Notes: generated by a model not told the origin, from the sequence alone. Positions 28,960 to 41,715 are shown, numbered from the stretch's first letter. The stretch: 64,000 nt of DNA from Candidatus Omnitrophota bacterium (GCA_903884815.1 CAISGE010000062.1:17-64016); one strand, 5' to 3'. Program-made: numbers and translations.

Positions 28960-29298
28960 ATGGTCTATCACGCCAGAACGAAGAGTGCCGTGGATGTATT
29001 GCGTTTCAATGGGGACCTTGATGCGCTAAGCATGATCAAAATGAAAGATCGGATGAACCGTTTAATGAACAGGAACCACAAGCGTCTTTTGTTGGACCTG
29101 AAAGATACGAAGCACGTGGAATTAGCAGGCGTCGGTATCTTGGTCGATCGTCTGCGTAAAGTGCGCGAACAAAAAGGGGACATCAAACTTTGCAATCTGC
29201 GTCCCGAAGTTGAGAAGACTTTCCAAATGATCGGGGTCAATGGCTTGATGGAAAGTTATTCGACGGAAGAAGAGGCGATCCTTAGTTTTGCGTCATAG
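28960..29298 (+). CDS. STAS domain protein lacking phosphoacceptor Ser
   Basis: GDLD, LLLDLKDTKHVELAG, GDIKLCNL; SD AAGGAG. Confidence 0.8.
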   Translation: MVYHARTKSAVDVLRFNGDLDALSMIKMKDRMNRLMNRNHKRLLLDLKDTKHVELAGVGILVDRLRKVREQKGDIKLCNLRPEVEKTFQMIGVNGLMESYSTEEEAILSFAS

Positions 29299-30196
29299 TC
29301 CGGTTCTTTTACAGGAAGTTCTCGATCAGTTGGGCCTCAAGTCCGGGGCTATCGTGATGGATGGAACTCTCGGGAGTGGGGGACACTCGCAGGCGATGCT
29401 TGCTAAGATCGGTCCCAACGGAAAATTGATCGGGTTTGATCAGGATCCCGAGGCGATTGCACGATGCAGGGAATTGTTTCAAGCCGACACGCGGGTCGTG
29501 CTGGTACATGAGAATTTCAGGAATTTAAAAAAAGTTTTTCCGGCTCTTGGTGTAGCGGCTTTCGATGTAGTTCTTTTGGATATCGGGACTTCGTCGGAGC
29601 AGTTGGCGGATGGGAAGCGCGGTTTCAGTTTCCAAGCGGAAGGGGAATTGGATATGCGGATGAATCCGGAAGTCGGTTTGAAAGCTTCAGAGTTGCTCGC
29701 TCAAATGTCCGAGGTCGAGCTGGCAGACCTCTTTTACCATTATGGCGAAGAGCGGCACTCTCGACGTTTTGCTCGCGTGATTGTTGAAAGAAGGCGCCAG
29801 CAGCCCATCCGTACGATCGAAGATCTCAACCAAACTCTCGAGCTCGCGGTTCCCCCGCATTTACGCTTCAAGAAAGGGAATAGGCCTTCATGGGCTCGGC
29901 GTCATCCCGGGACGAAGGTATACCAAGCCCTTCGCATAGGCGTGAATGATGAACTGGAGGCGCTGAAAGAGGGCATGTCGGGGGCTTTTGAGCATCTCTC
30001 GAAGGGCGGCAGGTTGGGAGTCATCAGTTTTCACTCGATCGAAGACAGGATCGTGAAGCAGCAGTTCCGCAAGTGGGATGACGAAGAACAAGGAAAATTG
30101 ATTTTTCGTAAACCTATGGTTGCAAAGCGGGAAGAAATATTGAATAATCCAAGATCAAGAAGCGCAAAACTAAGAGTCATCGAGAAAATATCATGA
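29288..30196 (+). CDS. rsmH: 16S rRNA m4C1402 methyltransferase
   Basis: HSPVLL, DGTLGSGGHS, LDMRM, ISFHSIEDR, NPRSRSAKLR. Confidence 0.96.
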   Translation: MRHSPVLLQEVLDQLGLKSGAIVMDGTLGSGGHSQAMLAKIGPNGKLIGFDQDPEAIARCRELFQADTRVVLVHENFRNLKKVFPALGVAAFDVVLLDIGTSSEQLADGKRGFSFQAEGELDMRMNPEVGLKASELLAQMSEVELADLFYHYGEERHSRRFARVIVERRRQQPIRTIEDLNQTLELAVPPHLRFKKGNRPSWARRHPGTKVYQALRIGVNDELEALKEGMSGAFEHLSKGGRLGVISFHSIEDRIVKQQFRKWDDEEQGKLIFRKPMVAKREEILNNPRSRSAKLRVIEKIS

Positions 30197-30585
30197 AAGG
30201 CAGTGGAAAAATACTAATTCTTATAACATTGTTAGCCTGCTCGATGCTTTTTTATGTGCATCTGCAGGTTGCTTCCGTCTTGGTATCTTTAGATCTGCAT
30301 CGAAGTTCCCGCCAAGTTGCCGAGAAACAAGAGTTGCTCCGCAGATTCCAATACAAGGTTGATCAGTTGAGGGCCCCCCGCCTTCTTGAAGAGAAGATGA
30401 TGCGTCACGATATGGGTTTGGCGCTTCCCAATAAGGTCCAGGTCGTTGAGGTGCCGGCCGCTGCGGATATCGTTATTCCCATGGCACCGGCACAAAAAGT
30501 TGTGCGAACTTTTTCCTCCGAAGTGTCGAGCTTTCTTGGACGTTGGATACAGACGGCCCAGGCCAAGACCGATCTCTCCTCTTAA
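30193..30585 (+). CDS. ftsL: Probable cell division protein FtsL
   Basis: Single TM plus coiled coil, between rsmH and a class B PBP. Confidence 0.65.
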   Translation: MKGSGKILILITLLACSMLFYVHLQVASVLVSLDLHRSSRQVAEKQELLRRFQYKVDQLRAPRLLEEKMMRHDMGLALPNKVQVVEVPAAADIVIPMAPAQKVVRTFSSEVSSFLGRWIQTAQAKTDLSS

Positions 30586-30588
30586 AAA

Positions 30589-32343
30589 ATGCGAGCGTTG
30601 CTTTCGCCGCGTCGGTTCTGGTTTCTCTACATCGTTTTCTTTGTTATTTTCGGTCTCATCATCTATCAGATCACCCAGTTGACTTGTTTTCATCAAGCCT
30701 CCCTTCTTAAGCTGGCGCACCGCCAACATAATCTGACGATTGATACACCCTCTTTGCGCGGACCGATCACGGATCGCAACGGGAATGAGTTCGTTACCAA
30801 TCTCAAGATTCCGTCCATATATGCAGTGCCACGCGCAGTCGCAGAGGAAGACCTTCCGGGGCTCAGCCGTGAGATTGCCAAGATCTTGAAGGTTGATCCA
30901 AAGTGGGTGAAGGACCGCTTAGCGCGCGATAAATCGTTTGTGTGGCTCAAGCGGCGCGTGACTTTTGAGGAATCAGAAAAGATTAAAAAACTCGAGTGCC
31001 CCGCGCTCGGAATCCTGGAAGAATATAAGAGATTTTATCCACAAGGGTCCATGCTGGCCCAGGTGCTCGGATTCTCAACGGTGGATAACCAAGGGGTCGA
31101 AGGGCTTGAGCGTTCCATGGATGCGGATCTTCGAGGGAAACCCGGAAAACGAGTCACCCAGCGGGATGCCAAAGGGCGTGAGATCAAGGCCTTTGAGATC
31201 ACGAGCGTGCCCGTGGTCGATGGGAACCGAGTGGTATTGACGATCGATCAGCATCTTCAGTACCTGACCGAGAAATCGCTGGAACAGGCCTTCAAACAGT
31301 GGAAAGCCAAGGGGGCCTGGGCGATCGTGATGGATCCGAATACGGGGGAGATCTTGGCCATGGCGAATCAACCCGGGTTCGATCCTAACCATTACGCGAA
31401 CGTCGGTCCTGACGCCAAGCGTAATCGTGCTGTTACGGATATGTATGAGCCTGGATCGATTTTTAAGATCGTTGCCGCAAGCGGGGGGCTGAATGATGGC
31501 ACGGTGACTCCTGAAACAGTGATCAACTGCGAGAACGGAAAATGGAATTATGGCTTTAAGACGCTCCATGACGTTCATCCGTATGGCATGTTGCCCATGA
31601 TGGAAGTGATCGTGAAATCCAGCAACATCGGGACCGTGAAGATCGCGCTTAAAATGGGGGCCCAACAATTTCAGAGTTACGTGACGGGCTTCGGCTTCGG
31701 AGCGCTGACCGGGATCGACCTTGCCGGCGAAGCGCCGGGTTTCACGCGGCCGCCTTCTCAATGGTCCAAGACCTCTCCGTATAATATCCCGATGGGCCAG
31801 GAAGTTATGGTGACGGCTCTCCAAATGGTGACGGCGATGTCTGTGATCGCGAATGGGGGGAACCTCGTACGGCCCTATATCGTGTCGCGCGTCGAGGATT
31901 CTGCCGGCGTGATTATTAAGCAGAAAAAGCCCGTGATCAAACGGCGGGTGATCAAGCCAGAAACAGCCGCGACGATGCGGGAGATCCTGACCCAGGTCGT
32001 GGAAAGAGGGACTGGGACGAAAGCGAAGATCCCGGATGTTTTGGTCGCGGGTAAGACGGGTACGGCACAGAAGATTTTGCCCGGGGGCAAGGGCTATTCT
32101 CACACTGCTTTCATGTCTTCTTTCGTTGGTTTCGCGCCTGCGGATAATCCTCGCTATGCCATGGTGGTGGTTCTCGATGAAGCGCGTCCCATGTATTACG
32201 GGGGTGTTGTTGCCGCACCAGTCTTCAAGGAGGTCTTGGGTGCGGCGCTTTTGACGCAGGGAGCTCAACCCTATCATGAGAGTGCGCCGCCCTTGACGAA
32301 GGAGCAGGCTGCGGCGGCGGCCGACCTGGCGGTCGCTGATTGA
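30589..32343 (+). CDS. ftsI: Class B penicillin-binding protein (FtsI/PBP3)
   Basis: RGPITDRNG, EPGSIFK, SSN, KTGTAQK. Confidence 0.92.
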   Translation: MRALLSPRRFWFLYIVFFVIFGLIIYQITQLTCFHQASLLKLAHRQHNLTIDTPSLRGPITDRNGNEFVTNLKIPSIYAVPRAVAEEDLPGLSREIAKILKVDPKWVKDRLARDKSFVWLKRRVTFEESEKIKKLECPALGILEEYKRFYPQGSMLAQVLGFSTVDNQGVEGLERSMDADLRGKPGKRVTQRDAKGREIKAFEITSVPVVDGNRVVLTIDQHLQYLTEKSLEQAFKQWKAKGAWAIVMDPNTGEILAMANQPGFDPNHYANVGPDAKRNRAVTDMYEPGSIFKIVAASGGLNDGTVTPETVINCENGKWNYGFKTLHDVHPYGMLPMMEVIVKSSNIGTVKIALKMGAQQFQSYVTGFGFGALTGIDLAGEAPGFTRPPSQWSKTSPYNIPMGQEVMVTALQMVTAMSVIANGGNLVRPYIVSRVEDSAGVIIKQKKPVIKRRVIKPETAATMREILTQVVERGTGTKAKIPDVLVAGKTGTAQKILPGGKGYSHTAFMSSFVGFAPADNPRYAMVVVLDEARPMYYGGVVAAPVFKEVLGAALLTQGAQPYHESAPPLTKEQAAAAADLAVAD

Positions 32344-32352
32344 CGCCTTTCA

Positions 32353-32381
32353 TTGTATACTGAACAAGAGAGTGATATAAT
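32353..32381 (+). promoter_or_regulatory. Extended -10 promoter upstream of tRNA-Pro
   Basis: TTGTAT-17nt-TATAAT with TGn extension. Confidence 0.55.
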
Positions 32382-32460
32382 CCCGGCCGTTTCGGTCCTG
32401 CCCAAGGCGACAAGCTCCATGAAGGGCTGCACCAATTAATAGGAATTTAAGAAGGTGTTA

Positions 32461-32592
32461 TAGGGACGTCCCAATTTCATTCTTATAAAATTGAAAATTG
32501 GGACTGTCCCAACGATTCATTAATTTTTTGATTATACGTCGGGGCGTCCTAATTCTCAGTTAACCATGGACGGTGAATGAGGACAGTCCCGA
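32461..32592. repeat. Cluster of GGGAC(W)GTCCC REP-like palindromes
   Basis: gggacgtcccaattt, aaattgggactgtccc, ggggcgtcctaatt, ggacagtccc. Confidence 0.65.
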
Positions 32593-32620
32593 TATTCATT
32601 GAAAATTTAATTTAAGTTTA

Positions 32621-32680
<60 letters not shown>

Positions 32681-32698
<18 letters not shown>

Positions 32699-32894
32699 TT
32701 TTTTTTTGCGTTGCAATTGAAAGCCGAAGGCTTTCCATAAAGTGAGACGAAAAAATGGGCAGCACCCGAAGTCCCGCCGAAGGCGGGACGGAGTGGTGCG
32801 ATTGCTTTAGGCGATTCAACACTTGCACCGATGTGCAAGTGCGATGCCGACGCTCCTCAGAAGAGTCGCGTTCGCATCGATCCTATCGCCCCGA
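32681..32894 (+). repeat. 15-bp duplication of tRNA-Pro 3' end flanking a hairpin-rich 184-bp insert
   Basis: atcctatcgccccga at 32681-32695 and 32880-32894. Confidence 0.75.
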
Positions 32895-32973
32895 TTCTTT
32901 TTTTAAGTAATATCAATAAAATTCTATCCGGTTTTTTCCGGCCGGTTTCCTTCCGTTAGAGGGCAAGACGCCG

Positions 32974-33168
32974 ATGGATTGCAAGGTCGCGACCAATCGA
33001 AAACGCTGCAATTGCTCTTACGAACCTTGTTCCCGCAAAGGGATCTGCTGCGACTGTGTGGCGTATCACAGGAGCCAGGATGAGTTACCCGCTTGTTATT
33101 TTCCAGACAACGTCGAAAGATCCTACGATCGTTCTATCAAAAAATTTCTATCTCTCCACAAGACGTAA
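32974..33168 (+). CDS. Small Cys-rich protein (DUF6485-like)
   Basis: [19 protein letters not shown]...ELPACYF. Confidence 0.75.
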   Translation: MDCKVATNRKRCNCSYEPCSRKGICCDCVAYHRSQDELPACYFPDNVERSYDRSIKKFLSLHKT

Positions 33169-33215
33169 ACTCCCATCGCGCGGTCGGTGGCGCGCCTCTG
33201 CTTAAAAAGGATTCG

Positions 33216-33983
33216 ATGGAGCGTAGTAAAAAAAAAGCTATTATTGTCGGAAGTAGTAGCGGGATCGGACGCGCGCTGGCCATCAAATTATCTGCGGAAG
33301 GCTATGTCCTTTGCCTCACCGGCCGGTCGCTGGAGAGACTGGAGGCTCTTCAAAAAGATCTCGCGGGGGAGAGTATCGCGAGACAAGTCGATGTCAGTAA
33401 TCCCCGGGAAGCGATCCATGCGCTCCGGAATGTTATTATGTCTTTGCACGGCCTTGACCTGATGGTGATCAACGCCGGAGTGCTTTTCCAAAATGATAAA
33501 CTTCTGTGGCAACCCGAAGAGGATATGATCAAGGTGAACGTCCTCGGATTCGCGGCTGCGGCGAATGTGGCTGCGGATTATTTTTCACAGAAAGGCGCCG
33601 GCTGTATTATCGGGATCTCTTCGGTGGCTTCTCAAAGTGCCAGCGGACGCTCTCCGGCCTACAACGCCTCCAAGGCTTTTGTCTCGAATTATATGGAAGG
33701 CCTCCGCCAGAAATTTTCGGGTACACCCGTTCGGGTTCTGGACATCCGTCCCGGGTTCGTGGACACGGATATGGTCCGCGGTCGCAAGGGACTTTTCGGG
33801 CTTGTGTCGGCCGAAAGCGCTGCGAGCGATATCTACCGGGCTTTCCAAAAAGGAAAACGCGTCGCGTACGTGCCGTTCTGGTGGGGGATTGTCGCGTGGC
33901 TCTTCAGGCGTTTTCCTGAATCAGTTCGTAACTTGGGATACCGCCGCTATATTGCCTGGGACACAAAACATTCGGTTTCCTGA
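33216..33983 (+). CDS. Short-chain dehydrogenase/reductase
   Basis: GSSSGIG, INAG, YNASK, RPGFVDT. Confidence 0.92.
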   Translation: MERSKKKAIIVGSSSGIGRALAIKLSAEGYVLCLTGRSLERLEALQKDLAGESIARQVDVSNPREAIHALRNVIMSLHGLDLMVINAGVLFQNDKLLWQPEEDMIKVNVLGFAAAANVAADYFSQKGAGCIIGISSVASQSASGRSPAYNASKAFVSNYMEGLRQKFSGTPVRVLDIRPGFVDTDMVRGRKGLFGLVSAESAASDIYRAFQKGKRVAYVPFWWGIVAWLFRRFPESVRNLGYRRYIAWDTKHSVS

Positions 33984-33985
33984 CC

Positions 33986-34579
33986 ATGAGGAAATTAAGC
34001 CACCCGGAACTTTTGGCCCGTCAGCAGGTGCGGCAGAAAGAACCGAAGCTGCCATTCTGTGTCGTCCTCAATGATATACGCAGTCTCTACAATGTCGGCT
34101 CGATTTTCAGGACAGCGGATGGCGCCGGCGTTGAAAAATTATGGATCTGCGGCATTACAGGATTCCCACCCGATAACCAGATCTCCAAGACCGCGCTCGG
34201 GGCTGAAAAGGAAGTTCCCTGGGAATACCGTCGGCATGTCTGCGAAATCGTGCGGGAACTGAAAGCCCGGGGCTACCAGATCCTCTTTCTCGAACAACTT
34301 GCCGAAAGTATCCCCTATCAGGATTTCCGCGCCTCCGGCCCCGTGTGTCTGGTTCTCGGCAATGAGATCTCGGGGGTTTCGGAGGAACTGCTCGCGCTTT
34401 GCGACAAAACGATCGAGATCGATATGGCAGGGGCGAAAAACTCCCTGAATGTTTCCGTCGCATTCGGTGTGGTGGCATACCATTTACGCAATCAATTACG
34501 CGGGAAGCGTGATGCGGGGAACGGGGAACGTGGAGACGAAACCGTAACCCGTTCGCCGGTCCCCATTTTCCGGCTTTAG
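33986..34579 (+). CDS. SpoU/TrmH-family RNA methyltransferase
   Basis: IRSLYNVGSIFRTAD, GNEISG, KNSLNVSVA. Confidence 0.92.
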   Translation: MRKLSHPELLARQQVRQKEPKLPFCVVLNDIRSLYNVGSIFRTADGAGVEKLWICGITGFPPDNQISKTALGAEKEVPWEYRRHVCEIVRELKARGYQILFLEQLAESIPYQDFRASGPVCLVLGNEISGVSEELLALCDKTIEIDMAGAKNSLNVSVAFGVVAYHLRNQLRGKRDAGNGERGDETVTRSPVPIFRL

Positions 34580-34581
34580 CT

Positions 34582-34859
34582 ATGAGTGAAAAACGGATGC
34601 AGCTTTTTTTAGCGGGACGGTGCAAGGCGTAGGATTCCGTTTTACTGCGGAGCGGCTGGCCCGGCGTTTTCCTGTCACCGGATTCGTCCGGAATCTCGAC
34701 GACGGGCGCGTGGAACTGACCGCGGAGGGGGATGAAAAATCGCTCGCCGGATTTCTGGCGGCGATCCGGGAGTCGGCGATGAAGGATTATATCCGGGAGG
34801 TTGAAGCTCATTGGTCTTCCGGCCAAGGATGTTTCAGCCGATTTTCCATTACCTATTAG
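34582..34859 (+). pseudogene. acyP: Acylphosphatase with 1-nt frameshift in T7 run (or sequencing error)
   Basis: VQGVGFR and [12 protein letters not shown] are out of frame with ATG 34582; adding one T at 34604-34610 gives [20 protein letters not shown]. Confidence 0.8.
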
Positions 34860-34902
34860 CATTTTTTCCCACATGCCTGAGGGTGTGAGAGGCGGAGAAA
34901 AT

Positions 34903-37663
<2,761 letters not shown>

Positions 37664-37674
37664 CGGGGGGCAAG

Positions 37675-38253
37675 ATGCGAGAATACGACAAGATGATCGC
37701 GGGGGAGCTTTATAACGGGCTGGATCCCGAATTGACACAGATGAGGCAAGTCGCACGGGAGTTGTGCAACAAGATCAATGCCTCGATCGTGGAAATGAGG
37801 GGCTCTGACGCGAGCTTGAGCCTCTGCGCCGAATTGTTCGGCAAGGTTGGCAAGAACCTCTGGCTCCAACCCCCGTTCTATTGCGATTACGGGAAAAATA
37901 TTTTCTTGGGCGACAACGTGTATGTGAATTTCGGTTGTGTGATTCTGGATGTCGCCCGGGTGACGTTCGGCTCGCATGTCTTTCTGGGCCCGAATGTCCA
38001 GATCTATACCGCGACGCACCCCTTGATCGCGGAAGAGCGGAACCGGGGGCTGGAGTCCGGCAAGCCGATTACGATCCGGAGTAATGTCTGGATCGGCGGC
38101 GCGGCAATCCTTTGTCCGGGAGTGACCATCGGGGAAGGAAGCGTCATCGGCGCCGGTGCCGTTGTGACAAAGGATGTTCCTCCGCGGGTCGTGGTGGCCG
38201 GAAATCCCGCCAAAGTCATCCGGTACCTTCCGGCGGTTCCTTCTCAAACGTGA
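37675..38253 (+). CDS. Maltose/sugar O-acetyltransferase
   Basis: PFYCDYG, YTATHP, hexapeptide repeats, GNPAKV. Confidence 0.92.
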   Translation: MREYDKMIAGELYNGLDPELTQMRQVARELCNKINASIVEMRGSDASLSLCAELFGKVGKNLWLQPPFYCDYGKNIFLGDNVYVNFGCVILDVARVTFGSHVFLGPNVQIYTATHPLIAEERNRGLESGKPITIRSNVWIGGAAILCPGVTIGEGSVIGAGAVVTKDVPPRVVVAGNPAKVIRYLPAVPSQT

Positions 38254-38263
38254 CAGGAGACCT

Positions 38264-39433
38264 ATGGACATTTTTACGCTGTTTTTGACCGTCGGCGTCT
38301 GTTTTTCTATGATTTTTGCGGTGGTCGCAATGATCGTCTCGTCCCGTAACAGCGAAGCAAAATTCCGGGAATCCCTCGTCGCGGCCTTGGGACCGGGGGT
38401 GGATTGGGACGAGAAAAGGCAGACCTTTCGGCAGGTGGGAATGAATTTTCGCTATCAAAAATATCAGGGCTCAAGGAACAGCCCGCCCAGTTTTTCACTG
38501 TTTCTTGAATGTCCCGTCACCGGAGGGGAATTTGAGATCGCGACCGAGAGCGCGGTGGATCGTTTCTTCAAAAATATCGGGATTACGCTTGAGGTTCAGA
38601 CCGGGGACGAGGTGTTTGACGGTCGTTGTTTTATCGCTTCGAACACGCCCGAGTTCGCGAAGGAGTGTTTTGCTTCCGCTGAAAGAAGAGAGACCGTGAA
38701 ACGTCTCTGGGACATAAAAGTCCGGAAGATCGTTTATCGCGGCCAGAGCCTCGCGTTGATATGGCAGGGGCAGACCTCACACGCGGACGGAGTTTCGAAT
38801 CTGAAGGAATCTCTGGATCTGATGGCGGTTTTGATCCGGGATCTGCCGCAGTATCACGAGATCGTTTCTCTCGCGGGTTCCGGCCCGGCGGGGCCGGCAG
38901 AGCGGAATCTGGTGATGGGCATCGCCGGAGCCTCTTCGGCGTTGGGGGTCCTGAGTTTGATCTGGACCAATCTTCAGTATCCTCTTTTTGATCCCGCGGG
39001 CTTATTCCTTTTTTCTTTAAAGTTTTCCGTGCCGGCCCTGGCTGTATTTATCGTCTTGGCCGTTCGAACCTTGTCTGGGCGCTCTCGCTCGCACCGTGAT
39101 CTTCTCCTTGCCTGTGGCTTGGCCCTTGCGGGTTTTCTTTTTACGGGATACGGGGTGGTGGCTCTCTATAACGGCATGGCGGATCTGTCGGCGCCGGCCA
39201 GTCATATTGCGCTAATTCAGAATAAAGAGATGCACCGTAGCAAGAATTCCAGGAGCTATCATCTTTATGTGCGGTCCTGGAAGTCGGGCCGGGCGTTGGA
39301 GGATCTCAACACCGGCAGCGGGATCTTTAACTGGGTGATCCCGGGGAAACACGAGGCCGTCGTCCGCACGAGGGCCGGAAAGCTTGGCTTCGAGTGGCTT
39401 GTCTCGTATCAGGTCAGGGACAAACAAACGTAG
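38264..39433 (+). CDS. Hypothetical multi-pass membrane protein
   Basis: N-terminal TM plus three C-terminal TMs; SD AGGAG. Confidence 0.7.
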   Translation: MDIFTLFLTVGVCFSMIFAVVAMIVSSRNSEAKFRESLVAALGPGVDWDEKRQTFRQVGMNFRYQKYQGSRNSPPSFSLFLECPVTGGEFEIATESAVDRFFKNIGITLEVQTGDEVFDGRCFIASNTPEFAKECFASAERRETVKRLWDIKVRKIVYRGQSLALIWQGQTSHADGVSNLKESLDLMAVLIRDLPQYHEIVSLAGSGPAGPAERNLVMGIAGASSALGVLSLIWTNLQYPLFDPAGLFLFSLKFSVPALAVFIVLAVRTLSGRSRSHRDLLLACGLALAGFLFTGYGVVALYNGMADLSAPASHIALIQNKEMHRSKNSRSYHLYVRSWKSGRALEDLNTGSGIFNWVIPGKHEAVVRTRAGKLGFEWLVSYQVRDKQT

Positions 39434-39479
39434 GGCGTCTGTCGCAACGTTCTTCCGGATAAAAAATGTGGAGGTTCTT

Positions 39480-40166
39480 ATGAAGCTCGCAAAAAGAAAA
39501 ATCTCTTTGAGGATGGCGTGGATGATCGTTCTGGGTTTTTTGATCCTTGGGAGTTTCGGGGTCTGTATCAACGGGGAAGCGGCCATGAGCACCGGGGGAA
39601 AAGCGGGACTTATGAAACTGGGAGATACGGCGCCGGATTTTAAACTACCCGATGTCGTGACGGGAAAGGAAGTCACGCTTGGAAATTTTAAGGATTCGAA
39701 GGTTTTGTTGGTGGCTGTTATCTGCCGCCATTGCCCGTTCGTTCAGCATGTCAAAAAGGAACTGGTGCGTCTCGGCAGGGATTATCAGGGAAAAGGTCTC
39801 GCAATCGTCGCGATCAGCGCGAACGATCCTGCGGGCTATCCGGAGGATGCGCCCGGGAAGCTAAAGGAAATGGCGCTCGAGGCAGGATTCACTTTCCCGC
39901 TAGTCTTTGATGAGACCCAGGCGACGGCCAAGGCCTACACCGCGGTCTCGACGCCCGATTTCTTTTTGTTCGATCAGGAACGGAAGCTTGTCTACCGCGG
40001 ACAGTTTGATGATTCGCGGCCGAAGAGCGGGATTCCCGTGACGGGAAAAGACGTGCGTGTGGCCATTGACGCGGTGCTTGGGGGACGTCCTGTGTCTCAG
40101 AATCAGCGGCCGTCGGTGGGTTGTTCGATCAAATGGAAACCGGGAAAAAATCCGGATTATCGCTGA
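39480..40166 (+). CDS. Thioredoxin-fold AhpC/TSA-like (PRX-like1) protein with N-terminal signal/TM
   Basis: APDF.L, CRHCPFV, TPDFFLFD, YRGQFDD, GCSIKW. Confidence 0.9.
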   Translation: MKLAKRKISLRMAWMIVLGFLILGSFGVCINGEAAMSTGGKAGLMKLGDTAPDFKLPDVVTGKEVTLGNFKDSKVLLVAVICRHCPFVQHVKKELVRLGRDYQGKGLAIVAISANDPAGYPEDAPGKLKEMALEAGFTFPLVFDETQATAKAYTAVSTPDFFLFDQERKLVYRGQFDDSRPKSGIPVTGKDVRVAIDAVLGGRPVSQNQRPSVGCSIKWKPGKNPDYR

Positions 40167-40304
40167 AGGCCGCCACCTAGCAGATCTTGACATATAGGCG
40201 TTCTATTTCTCGGTTTTTGTAGGACCCTCGTGTTCAAGGCGCCGCTTCATGGGGTCGATACAGTACCTATGATCGAAGCCACGCTTGAAGTTGCCGGAAA
40301 ACCC

Positions 40305-41195
40305 ATGGATAAGAATCAGCTTCTTTACGAGGAGTTCCTGAACTATCTCTCCGTCGAAAAGGGCTTGGCCCAGAATACCCTCGATGCCTACCGCCGCGAT
40401 CTCTCGCACTACGACGCCTTCCTCAAAAAAGAAAAGGTGTCCGACTGGAGCAAAGTTTCGCGGACGCATATTATGAAATATCTCAATGCCGAAAGTACTC
40501 GCGGGTTGGAGTCCTCTTCGATCGCGCGGGGTCTTGTTTCTGTGAAGCTTTTCCACCGGTTCCTGACCAAAGAGCGTTATGTCCCGGGAGACATCACAAG
40601 CGTCCTCGAATCACCCAAGCTCTGGAAGAAACTCCCGCAGTTTCTGACCTCTTCGGAAATGGAATCCCTTCTCAAGATGCCGGATAATAAAAAGCCGGGA
40701 GGGCTCCGTGATCTCGCGCTTCTGGAATGTCTTTACGCGACGGGGATGCGGGTCTCCGAGATCACCGAGATCTCGGTGGAGCACGTCTATCTCGATAATA
40801 AGTTCATCAAGTGTCGCGGGAAAGGGGACAAGGAGCGACTTGTGCCGCTCGGCAGTGTCGCGGTTACCGCTTGTCAGGCGTATCTGAGTCGCGTGCGGGC
40901 CAAGATGAAAGCCAAGACGGATCATTTTTTTCTGGGAAGGAACGGCACAGGACTCACACGTCAATATGTCTGGCAGATGATCAAAAAATATGCGCGGCTG
41001 GCCGGCATTGCCAAGGTCATTACGCCCCATACCTTTCGCCATTCTTTCGCGACCCATCTTTTGGAGCGCGGTGCCGACCTGCGCGTTGTTCAAGAACTTC
41101 TCGGCCACTCCGATATTTCCACCACTCAGATCTATACCCACGTCTCCGGCAATCGCCTCAAGTCCGTTCACGCGAAATTTCACCCCAGAGGGTAA
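40305..41195 (+). CDS. xerD: Tyrosine recombinase XerD
   Basis: VEKGLAQNT..AY.RDL, LYATGMRVSE, GKGDKER, HTFRHSFATH, LGHSD..TTQIY. Confidence 0.93.
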   Translation: MDKNQLLYEEFLNYLSVEKGLAQNTLDAYRRDLSHYDAFLKKEKVSDWSKVSRTHIMKYLNAESTRGLESSSIARGLVSVKLFHRFLTKERYVPGDITSVLESPKLWKKLPQFLTSSEMESLLKMPDNKKPGGLRDLALLECLYATGMRVSEITEISVEHVYLDNKFIKCRGKGDKERLVPLGSVAVTACQAYLSRVRAKMKAKTDHFFLGRNGTGLTRQYVWQMIKKYARLAGIAKVITPHTFRHSFATHLLERGADLRVVQELLGHSDISTTQIYTHVSGNRLKSVHAKFHPRG

Positions 41196-41337
41196 AAGCT
41201 CTGGGGCTGCGCAGTCTCGAATTGAATGTTATGCGACTGTCCTCGAGAATAAGTTTCGGTTCAATCCAGGCCCCAGATGTAGCGTTTCCCATTTTGCGTT
41301 CTCCGAAGATATGGTATACTCGCGCGCGAGGTGACCT

Positions 41338-41607
41338 ATGAAAAAACTTTTAGCGGTTTTAGCTTTGTTCGTATGCCTCCTGGCCTTTGCACTTCCGGTT
41401 TCTCGGGCGGCGGAGGAGAGCGAGGCGGCAGGGACGGGGATGAGCGGGACGCCCCAGGATTTCTCCGACCTTGAAAAAACGCTCAAAAAAGACAAATACG
41501 ATGAGCTTCAGAAAAGGGTCTCAGATCTGGAGCAGGCGAATCGTTTTCTGACGGAGCGTGTCCGCGATATCGAGCGTTCCCTGTACGATTTTAAAGCCAG
41601 GCAATAG
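41338..41607 (+). CDS. Small secreted coiled-coil protein
   Basis: Signal peptide MKKLLAVL; SD GAGGT. Confidence 0.7.
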   Translation: MKKLLAVLALFVCLLAFALPVSRAAEESEAAGTGMSGTPQDFSDLEKTLKKDKYDELQKRVSDLEQANRFLTERVRDIERSLYDFKARQ

Positions 41608-41686
41608 AAGATCGGCCGCTTAGCTTTGGCGTTCAGCGCGGATTCCGGATGGTCGGAAAATCGGTTGATTTTCAGAAGTAGTATGA

Positions 41687-41715
41687 TTGACATTCAATAA
41701 GGGCAAAGTTATACT
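41687..41715 (+). promoter_or_regulatory. sigma70 promoter of tRNA-Glu/pur operon
   Basis: TTGACA-17nt-TATACT with GC-rich discriminator. Confidence 0.75.

Noticed and set aside
32382-32435. GC-rich segment ending in ACCA after a promoter
   Set aside because: No T-loop or acceptor pairing; cannot support an RNA gene.
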